Assembly (NCBI GenBank): GCA_964421355.1
Contig: CAYQWX010000004.1
Coordinates: 442 to 64,441 of the forward strand
Length of the DNA stretch: 64,000 bases
Direction: 5' to 3'
DNA from: an uncultured Bacteroidales bacterium
Lineage (GTDB): Bacteria; Bacteroidota; Bacteroidia; Bacteroidales; JALTDM01
Part shown: positions 56,470-64,000 of the stretch, piece after piece
Numbering within the stretch: the first letter of the stretch is position 1
Layout of the letters: each line of letters begins with the position of its first letter
Translations under genes and position numbers: made by a program
The notes under the pieces: generated by a model
The model's input: the letters and a program-made list of their open reading frames with translations, nothing else
Told to the model about the DNA's origin: nothing
Databases searched by the model: none

Positions 56470-57465
56470 CTAAAATTTCGCACAAGGAATCATTTGCCGC
56501 CTTATTTTTGATTTGAGCTTCTGATCTTGATTAAATTCATAAGCAATAGATATTTCATGGGCACCTGCACTTCTTAATATAAGCCTGGAAATAGTAAAAT
56601 CATAGCTATAACCTATTTTTATTTTATCGGTAGTATATCCCAACAATATCGCTATTGCATCATGATTGCCATAGCCTGGAGCATATCGTTTAATTGGCAA
56701 TCCTCTATACCATAAGCCCACTACAAAAGGTTTGTTTTGCCAATATATTCCCATATCAAGTTGGTCAAATTTCCCTTGTGCTTTATACAAAAACGAAAAC
56801 AATACTTCTTTTTCATTAAAGCGTGATGAAGATGCAGAAATCTTACCTCCACCAAATATCAATAAGGTAGTAGGTACAGGACTTATTCCTTCTGCAATAA
56901 GACTTTGATCAGGTTGCAATAAATGTAATACATTAAATCCTCCCCAGTATTGTCTTGTAAACACAACAGAAGAAAAAGCAAAATCCAAATATTGTTTTTT
57001 GTCAAGCAATCTGCTTTCTACAGTAGGAGTTGTTCCAGAAAAAGATATTTGATCATTAAAAACAAGACGATTATAATCAATACTTCTTTGTCCATAAACT
57101 ACAGCAAGACCAGGACGTATATTTAAATTTCTGTTTATCATTATATTATAAGTGTAGTTGAAGGAAATGTTTGTGGTAGCAAGGTGTCCACTACCTGCCT
57201 GATCTCTCAAAAGAAGTAATCCTACTCCTGAGCGGTATTTGTAGAAATTATGATCTAATGATAATGAATAAGTAACAAAACCTCCGGGTATTGCAGGCCA
57301 CTGATCTCTAAAATTTAATACAGCACGGGATCCAACACTACTTCCCGCAAAGGATGGTGCTAAATATAAGGGTGCAGAGAAATATTGAGTAAGTTGAGGA
57401 TCTTGCCCATTGGCATAAAATGAAATAGAAATAAATAATATTATAAAAACTTTATAAAATCTCAT
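56470..57465 (-). CDS. PorP/SprF-family T9SS membrane protein
   Basis: Signal peptide, QDPQLTQYF and a beta-barrel pattern. It aligns by eye with the 40856-41875 paralog. ATGA overlap with the upstream gene. Confidence 0.85.
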   Translation of the reverse strand: MRFYKVFIILFISISFYANGQDPQLTQYFSAPLYLAPSFAGSSVGSRAVLNFRDQWPAIPGGFVTYSLSLDHNFYKYRSGVGLLLLRDQAGSGHLATTNISFNYTYNIMINRNLNIRPGLAVVYGQRSIDYNRLVFNDQISFSGTTPTVESRLLDKKQYLDFAFSSVVFTRQYWGGFNVLHLLQPDQSLIAEGISPVPTTLLIFGGGKISASSSRFNEKEVLFSFLYKAQGKFDQLDMGIYWQNKPFVVGLWYRGLPIKRYAPGYGNHDAIAILLGYTTDKIKIGYSYDFTISRLILRSAGAHEISIAYEFNQDQKLKSKIRRQMIPCAKF

Positions 57466-59006
57466 TTTGCTTCTAATACAACATTTTTAAATAAGTCAAT
57501 ATCCCTTATGCCGTTAGTTAAATCAACATCTGCCGTTGCAGAATGATATCCTTGTGCTTCTACAATCATTTTATATTTTCTATTAGGCAACAAAGCCAAA
57601 ATAAATTTACCATCTTTTGTAGTTCTATATATTCCTTGTATTTCTTTTGTTTGTATATCAATAATTGTAATTACTGCCTTAAGTGTTTGGTATGACGGTT
57701 GATATGTTGTTACGCTACCTTTTAGTATTATAGGTTTTTTATTAAGGTCCGACATTTTTACCATATAAATATCCATATCTCCAACCCCACCCTTCCTATT
57801 GCTTGAAAAATATCCTTTAGTTTGTTCCGGATTTGTTACAAAAAATATGTCATCTGCCACACTGTTTATAGGCACTCCTAAATTTACAGGTTCTGTCCAT
57901 TCGCCACTATCATTTTTTCGGGAAACAAAAATATCATACCCCCCCATGTTTTTATGACCTTTGGAACTAAAATACATCACATCTCCACTTGCAGTAATAA
58001 ATGGAGCATCTTCATCATAAGGAGTATTTATAGAAGCCCCCATATTCAAAGGTAAACTCCATCTTCCATTAGGCAGTTTTACTATACGATAAATATCCTT
58101 ACCTCCATAGCCACCAGCCATATTGCTCGAAAAATATATTGTTCTTTCATCTTGCGTAATGGTTATGGAAGACTCTACAGATTCTTTTCTGTTTACACTT
58201 TCGGTAAATTTAACGGGATTGGTCCAAGTCTTTTTATCAATCCGTTCTGACACATAAATATCTCCACCTGTATAAGCATCATTTCTATAAATATACATAA
58301 ACTTTCCATCTTTTGAAAAACCAACACAAGCATCATGATAAGGGGTATTTATTGGTGCTCCTACATTTTTTGCTGGAAGCCATTTTTTATTTACCCTTTC
58401 AGAATAGTAAATATCTTCATAATAAAGTCCCAAAGGATCTTTATTATTGTTACTACTTCCTGGACGGCGAGAGGTAAAAAACATAGTGCCTTCTATTGGT
58501 AAAATAAACGGTGCATAATCTGGATAAGAACTATTTATGTTTTTGTCTAACAAAATGACTTTTGCCAAATTTCTATCCTTTAATAATTTTCTTGCTGTAT
58601 AAGTTTTATTTAGTTGATATTCTATTTGTTGATAAGTGAAACTTTTTTCTCTATGTTCATTTTTATATTTCAAAAATGCCTGCTCAGATTTTGACAATTC
58701 CCCATTTAATCTGTATAATATTCCTAAGTAATAATATGCGTCAGGACTAACTTCAGTGCTTTTTTCAAAATATGGTATTGCCTCTAATTTATTACGAGAG
58801 ACATTAAATAAACAAACCCCTAACTTGTAGGCAACAGCCTTATTGGCTGTATCTTGTTCATATATAGCATTGTATAAAGGCTTTGCCAAATGATAATTAC
58901 CATAGGAAAATTGCTCATCCGCTTCTTTTTGCATTTTTTTTATGTTTTGCGGAAAAAGACTCACAGATAAAATCATTATTATTGCAAATACTATTTTTTG
59001 TTTCAT
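57462..59006 (-). CDS. TPR plus TolB-like PD40 beta-propeller repeat plus CarboxypepD_reg-like protein, no OmpA-like C-terminal domain seen
   Basis: TPR-like N-terminus. Five repeats are of the type ...YFSS(N/K)xxGGxGxxDIY. The C-terminal sequence is IQGIYRTTKDGKFILALLPNRKYKMIVEAQGY. Confidence 0.7.
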   Translation of the reverse strand: MKQKIVFAIIMILSVSLFPQNIKKMQKEADEQFSYGNYHLAKPLYNAIYEQDTANKAVAYKLGVCLFNVSRNKLEAIPYFEKSTEVSPDAYYYLGILYRLNGELSKSEQAFLKYKNEHREKSFTYQQIEYQLNKTYTARKLLKDRNLAKVILLDKNINSSYPDYAPFILPIEGTMFFTSRRPGSSNNNKDPLGLYYEDIYYSERVNKKWLPAKNVGAPINTPYHDACVGFSKDGKFMYIYRNDAYTGGDIYVSERIDKKTWTNPVKFTESVNRKESVESSITITQDERTIYFSSNMAGGYGGKDIYRIVKLPNGRWSLPLNMGASINTPYDEDAPFITASGDVMYFSSKGHKNMGGYDIFVSRKNDSGEWTEPVNLGVPINSVADDIFFVTNPEQTKGYFSSNRKGGVGDMDIYMVKMSDLNKKPIILKGSVTTYQPSYQTLKAVITIIDIQTKEIQGIYRTTKDGKFILALLPNRKYKMIVEAQGYHSATADVDLTNGIRDIDLFKNVVLEAK

Positions 59007-59011
59007 ATTTT

Positions 59012-62000
59012 TTATCTTAAAAGTGTTACATCTCCTATTTTTTCAATCATTTCACCATTAGAAAATTTTACTTTTACCTTCCAAACATACACATCTTGTT
59101 TGCATAATTTTCCCCGATAATAGCCATCCCAACCAATCTTGGGATCTTTGCTAACAAAAATAAGTTCTCCCCAACGATTAAAAATATTCAATTCATATTC
59201 AACCACTCCTTTGAAAATAGGATGAAATACATCATTAGAAAAGTCATTGTCATTATAGTATCCTCCATTTGGACCTGAGGGATTTGGGGTGAAAGCATTT
59301 GGAAAAATAATTTCTCCCGCACTTAATGCAGTTACAGCATTTTCTTCTGAATATGTATCACTACATTGATAATCATTCCACACCGTTAATGTAATTGTAT
59401 ATGTGCCTTCTTCTGTGTATTGATGTGTGGGATTTTCTAATGTAGAAGTTGTATTATCTCCAAAATTCCAAAGAAAAGATGTTGCCCCTTCCGATTGATT
59501 ATAACACTTTATCTCATCTCCAGGAATACTTACTTCCGAAGGCACTACCTTGAAAAATGCTGTGGGAGAAGGATATACTGTTATTGTGAGGTCCGATATA
59601 TCATTGCCACCATTGCCTGTTACAACTAATTGAACAACATATTGTCCTTCCGTAGAATATGTATGAGACGGACTTTCTTCAGTAGAAGACGAACCGTCAC
59701 CAAAATTCCAGTAATAAGAATTAGCACCTGTACTATTATTTGTAAAGTTTACGGTAAGAGGAACACAACCTTCAGATGAATCTACTTCAAAACTTGAATT
59801 TGGCGGGCCATCGTTTATATTTATAATTTGAATAGCAGTATCTGAACAGTATTCGTTATATACCACTAATGAAATAGTATATGTACCTGATTGGGAATAG
59901 GTGTGGTATCCCGGTTGCATCACAGTAGTGCTATCTCCATCTCCCCAATACCATATATATTGCCAATTTCCGGGGACTGTTTCATTGTTAATATTTACCG
60001 TGGAGTTGGGCATTGTCATAGTTGTTGGTGTTGCAGAAAATTGTGCTTGTGGAGAAGGATAAACATGAATATTGGCATAAGCAGTATCTTTACACCCAAA
60101 CATGCTTCCCGCAATCATTCTCACATTATAGACAAGTTCACTACCACCTGTATTGGTATATGTATGAGTTGGTTCTTCTTCTGTTGAAGATGTGCCATCT
60201 CCAAAATCCCATAAAAACGAGACACTCCCGTTTGTTTGATTATCAAACATTACGGTAAAAGGTGAACAGCCTACTGTATCACATGCAAATTGAGCAGTAA
60301 GGGCAGGATAAACAACCAATGTTTTCACAACAGAATCTTCACAGCCATAACTGTTTATTGCCCTCAAACTTATTTCAAAAGTGATAGGAGCAGTAGAATT
60401 ATTTTCATAATAATGATAAATAGGATTCGTAGAATCTGTTGTATCCGAAGTGCCATCTCCAAAATCCCATATATAGTATTGGGCTCCGGTAGAATTATTG
60501 TCAAGTCTCAAATTATGAGTTCCACATACTGAGTTTATATCTGTGGAAAAATTAGCTTGCGGAGTTGGTAAAACATACAAATTTGCAAAAGAAGTATCTA
60601 CACATCCAAGTTGTGATATACCTCGTACCCATAAGTTATATGATTCTACTCCACCTGAAGAATTTGCATAAAAGTGAGATTTTTGGTTTTCTGCAGAAAT
60701 CTCATGCACTCCGTCACCATAATGCCATTCATAACTTACATATCCAGGATTGGCTGTAAGGACAGCATTTCCAGGAGAACATAAAGAATCAGGCTCTACA
60801 GTTAAGTTTATGTCAGGATTGGGATAAATAGTAACGAAATTTCCTGATGTATCTGTGCAGCCGTATTCTGAAATAGCGACAAGTGTTACATGGTAATATT
60901 GAATAAATGTAGTATCATTGTAAAATGTATGTGTTGGGTTTTCTGTAGTATCTAAAGAGGTACTATCTCCAAAAAACCAGTGGAAAGCCATAGCCCCATA
61001 AGACTCGTTAGTAAAAGTTATAGAATGTGGACTACATGCAGGAGTATTATCAAATGTGAAATGAGATTCTGGATTAGGATGTACGGTAACCGTTCCATAA
61101 GCAGTATCGGAACATCCTCCATTAGAGGCTACGAGAACTACATTATAAATAGAATCTGAATTTCCTGTATTATAAAAAATATGATTCGGATTACTATTGT
61201 AAGAATAACCTCCATCTCCAAAATCCCAATGATAAGAGGTAGCAAACGCTGTGAGATTGTTAAATGTAACCGGATAAGGTGGACATCCTTCTGTATTTGC
61301 AGGTAAAAAATGGGCTTGAGGAGTTACAAGCAAATTAGCTGTAATTGTATCCGAAGAAGAACAAATATCATTTGTTTCTGTCCATACAAGCGTATAAACA
61401 CCAAAAGAATCCGCATTAAAATAAGTATTCGGTGAATTTGGATTATTAAACCACCCGTTACCGGGACCTGCTACTACTGACCACGTACCGTTTCCTATAC
61501 TTGGTATAGCATTTATTTCTGAAAATAATCCACATACTGAAACATCATTCCCTCCATTGGCAGACGGAGTTTGAATAAATACTATTGTAACAGTATCTTC
61601 TGCAGCACAATGAGAGCCATTTATTTCTCTCCAAATAAAATTATAAACACCATAAGTATCTACAGTTACAGTTGTATTAGGATTACTATTGTCTGTAAAG
61701 GATGCATTTCCTGGTCCTGAAAGTAAATACCAATTCCCTATTCCAATAGAAGGTGTGGCATTCAATACAGCAGAGAGTCCGCATACACTATCATCTTCTC
61801 CAGCATAAGGAGTAGGATAAGGATAAACTATGACAGATGTGCTGTCTATTCCAACACATCCGTTCCCGTCAGTTACACTCAATGCCAAATCGAAAGTATC
61901 AATAACGGAAGAATTAAATACTGGATTTTGTACTGTTGTTGAGTTTAACGGAACAGTTTCTCCTGTCCAGATAAAAGAAGTATATGTTCCGTTACCTCCT

Positions 62001-63427
62001 GATACATTTCCAAACAATTGGAAATCTTCATTCACACAGGGATCGGCAGGGGTAGGCATTATTTGGACTACTACAGGAGAAACAGTTATGGTTAGTGGAG
62101 CAGAACTACTACAACCATTATCATCCGTTACTGTATATGTTAATGAATACACTCCACCCGTAGAAGAATTAAATATGGGATTTTGTATATTTGTAGCATT
62201 GAGATTCCCTACATCTCCACTCCACAAATGAGATATTATATTTCCGTCTCCTGTAGAAGGGTTACCATCTAACTGCAAATTATATCCCGGACATACAGTT
62301 GCAGGATTGCTCGGCAAAATATTTGGATGTGGAATATCGTAAACAAGAAGTTGAATGGAATCACTATTGGAACATCCGTAAGCATTACTCACAGTATAAT
62401 GTATTGTGTGTAGTCCCGGTCCTGCTACTGACGGGTCAAATGTACCACTACTTGCATTGGTAATACCATCTCCACTCCAAGAACCTCCGGAAGTAGCTGC
62501 TGTTAAGTTTACGGGGGTATCATTACTACAAAAAGGTCCTGCTGTATCTATGGTAGCATCAGGTAATGGAACAATTACTATACGGGCAGTAGTTGTAACA
62601 GGAGGATAATCTCCGTTAATAGTATCAGCAGGGGGTCCTGGGATAGAAGGATCATCATAAGGATTGCAATAGTTCCAATTCCTCAAAGTTACTTCAAAAT
62701 ATTGTCCTACCGTAGCTGTTGGCGGCACATATATAGGTAAGCTGTATTCATTTGGGGGTTGAGGACTCCATACAGGAGTAGGCGTAATAGGAACTACGGC
62801 ATCAGTATCGGGAAACGAAACACTTTGCCCATCAATTAGTACTCCTGATATTGTATAATCTGTTCCATATATCCATTGTGTCCAACGGGTTGTTTCATTC
62901 GGATTATCTTGTTCTACTGGCGGGACACAATTAAAAGTACTTATATCTTGAAAAATAACGGTTGCATCATTCCCCACACAAATATAATATGTTTGAGGAT
63001 TTATTTCCATGTGTCCTCCATTAGCAGTATCAACATCCCATACAGTAACCATTTGTTCTTGCGACGAGCTCGAACACAACACCCCATTTACCTGCAATGT
63101 GGCAACAGGATGATATACACACTTATCACCTCCTTGCGGATACACATGAGTAGCAGTAGCTTGCCATTCCTGTAAAGATTGATCGGTATTGGTAGCACTT
63201 ATTATATCAGAAGAGCCATCGTCCCAATCAAACACTATCTCTACGGGAGTACCTCCGTCATTTACTCCTCTATATGTAACTTCCCAGGATACTGTAACCG
63301 GAGCACATAACTTGTCAGGAACAATATCATTAGCTTTTGAAGTAATATTACAACTTTGAGCTTTTGCATTCCACAAAAGCATGAAGTAAAATATTATAAG
63401 AAACGATATTTTAAAAAACTTCTTCAT
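59012..63427 (-). CDS. 1471-aa T9SS type B cargo with ~5 Cys-bounded Ig-like repeats and 8 PKD domains
   Basis: Signal peptide ending AKAQ. The repeated motif W(D/N)FGDG...P.H.Y...G.Y.V.L occurs 8 times. The C-terminus is FPNAFTPNPSGPNGG...FNRWGELIFVS...GWDGYYRGK. Confidence 0.85.
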   Translation of the reverse strand: MKKFFKISFLIIFYFMLLWNAKAQSCNITSKANDIVPDKLCAPVTVSWEVTYRGVNDGGTPVEIVFDWDDGSSDIISATNTDQSLQEWQATATHVYPQGGDKCVYHPVATLQVNGVLCSSSSQEQMVTVWDVDTANGGHMEINPQTYYICVGNDATVIFQDISTFNCVPPVEQDNPNETTRWTQWIYGTDYTISGVLIDGQSVSFPDTDAVVPITPTPVWSPQPPNEYSLPIYVPPTATVGQYFEVTLRNWNYCNPYDDPSIPGPPADTINGDYPPVTTTARIVIVPLPDATIDTAGPFCSNDTPVNLTAATSGGSWSGDGITNASSGTFDPSVAGPGLHTIHYTVSNAYGCSNSDSIQLLVYDIPHPNILPSNPATVCPGYNLQLDGNPSTGDGNIISHLWSGDVGNLNATNIQNPIFNSSTGGVYSLTYTVTDDNGCSSSAPLTITVSPVVVQIMPTPADPCVNEDFQLFGNVSGGNGTYTSFIWTGETVPLNSTTVQNPVFNSSVIDTFDLALSVTDGNGCVGIDSTSVIVYPYPTPYAGEDDSVCGLSAVLNATPSIGIGNWYLLSGPGNASFTDNSNPNTTVTVDTYGVYNFIWREINGSHCAAEDTVTIVFIQTPSANGGNDVSVCGLFSEINAIPSIGNGTWSVVAGPGNGWFNNPNSPNTYFNADSFGVYTLVWTETNDICSSSDTITANLLVTPQAHFLPANTEGCPPYPVTFNNLTAFATSYHWDFGDGGYSYNSNPNHIFYNTGNSDSIYNVVLVASNGGCSDTAYGTVTVHPNPESHFTFDNTPACSPHSITFTNESYGAMAFHWFFGDSTSLDTTENPTHTFYNDTTFIQYYHVTLVAISEYGCTDTSGNFVTIYPNPDINLTVEPDSLCSPGNAVLTANPGYVSYEWHYGDGVHEISAENQKSHFYANSSGGVESYNLWVRGISQLGCVDTSFANLYVLPTPQANFSTDINSVCGTHNLRLDNNSTGAQYYIWDFGDGTSDTTDSTNPIYHYYENNSTAPITFEISLRAINSYGCEDSVVKTLVVYPALTAQFACDTVGCSPFTVMFDNQTNGSVSFLWDFGDGTSSTEEEPTHTYTNTGGSELVYNVRMIAGSMFGCKDTAYANIHVYPSPQAQFSATPTTMTMPNSTVNINNETVPGNWQYIWYWGDGDSTTVMQPGYHTYSQSGTYTISLVVYNEYCSDTAIQIININDGPPNSSFEVDSSEGCVPLTVNFTNNSTGANSYYWNFGDGSSSTEESPSHTYSTEGQYVVQLVVTGNGGNDISDLTITVYPSPTAFFKVVPSEVSIPGDEIKCYNQSEGATSFLWNFGDNTTSTLENPTHQYTEEGTYTITLTVWNDYQCSDTYSEENAVTALSAGEIIFPNAFTPNPSGPNGGYYNDNDFSNDVFHPIFKGVVEYELNIFNRWGELIFVSKDPKIGWDGYYRGKLCKQDVYVWKVKVKFSNGEMIEKIGDVTLLR
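59327..61321 (-). repeat. Array of 8 tandem PKD domains (residues ~703-1367)
   Basis: Eight collinear ~80-aa units each carry the xFGDGxxS...PxHxY...GxYxVxL signature. Confidence 0.8.
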
Positions 63428-63468
63428 CTATTATTTTTACGAATAAATAAAGGTTAAAGTTGCTATTT

Positions 63469-64000
63469 TTATTTTACAATCACTTTTTTTATAACAGCTT
63501 CACCTTTCTTGTCTTCAAACATAAATGTCAATAATCCTTTTCTAATTTTTTTTGTGTTAAAAACAATTCTATTTTTTGTTATTTTTTTAGAAAATATTTT
63601 TTTGCCGGTTTCATCATAAATATTAAGTTTTACAAAATTGTTACTTTTTAATAAAATTGTGAGATTAGCTTTTACCGGATTTGGATATACAACTATTTCG
63701 GAATTATTTTTTTTTATAATGTTATTTGGAGAATATCCATTTTTTTCACCTAATACATATTCTCCGCTTTGTAGTGGCTCATCTAATATTATATAACCTC
63801 CGTATTGGGAACCCGAAGCATGAGATGATACAACTTTCCAATCATCTGAGGCATCTTTTCTATATAACAATGTTAGAGAATCTATATCAAAATCTAAAAA
63901 GCCATTGTCTAAATGCTCATAAGTTCCAGAAGTCCCAAAATAAAACTTTGCCTGATAATATAAATCTGTAGGAAATATCTTTTTTACTTCCCAATATCTG
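63469..64000 (-). CDS. T9SS type A CTD protein, N-terminus beyond window edge
   Basis: The frame is open from the listed TTG at 63870 up to nt 63999 (RYWEVKKIFPTDLYYQAKFYFGTSGTYEHL...). The C-terminal CTD is VVYPNPVKANLTILL...KGLLTFMFEDKKGEAVIKKVIVK. Confidence 0.7.
   Translation of the reverse strand, partial: RYWEVKKIFPTDLYYQAKFYFGTSGTYEHLDNGFLDFDIDSLTLLYRKDASDDWKVVSSHASGSQYGGYIILDEPLQSGEYVLGEKNGYSPNNIIKKNNSEIVVYPNPVKANLTILLKSNNFVKLNIYDETGKKIFSKKITKNRIVFNTKKIRKGLLTFMFEDKKGEAVIKKVIVK

Overview
Visibly AT-rich chromosomal segment from a Bacteroidota-type bacterium. Supporting signs are T9SS type A and type B C-terminal sorting domains, two PorP/SprF genes, recurrent TAnnTTTG -7 promoter boxes and an ftsK-lolA pair. 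I call about 51 protein genes at high coding density, plus two GC-rich housekeeping RNAs: RNase P RNA at 28085-28427 (+) and tmRNA at 36733-37136 (-). Content is mostly core. It covers acyl-CoA ligase, sirtuin, ybeY, Amt, ComM/YifB, an ECF sigma factor, an arginine deiminase-like gene, mreCD, lolA, ftsK, an aroG/CM-aroD-aroE operon, ndk, arginine decarboxylase, an MqnE/MqnC-like radical SAM gene and a patatin. Five T9SS cargo genes are interleaved, three of them giant (1756, 1186 and 1471 aa). I saw no transposase, integrase, prophage, CRISPR array, rRNA, tRNA or recognisable known defence system. The less ordinary items are all hypotheses from motif reading only, with no searches run. (1) An RsbW/SpoIIAB-like serine kinase is translationally coupled to a 1105-aa membrane-anchored Gln/Lys-rich coiled-coil protein, with no STAS or sigma partner nearby. 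(2) A TPR-TM-PAS-PAS-SpoIIE phosphatase is operonic with one stand-alone hemerythrin and flanked by a second. (3) A sirtuin lies 2 nt downstream of an uncharacterised radical SAM/winged-helix gene. (4) Two type-B T9SS cargo operons are present, one carrying an OmpA-less TPR/PD40 protein. (5) A fibre-like secreted protein sits with a tiny Lys-rich secreted partner.
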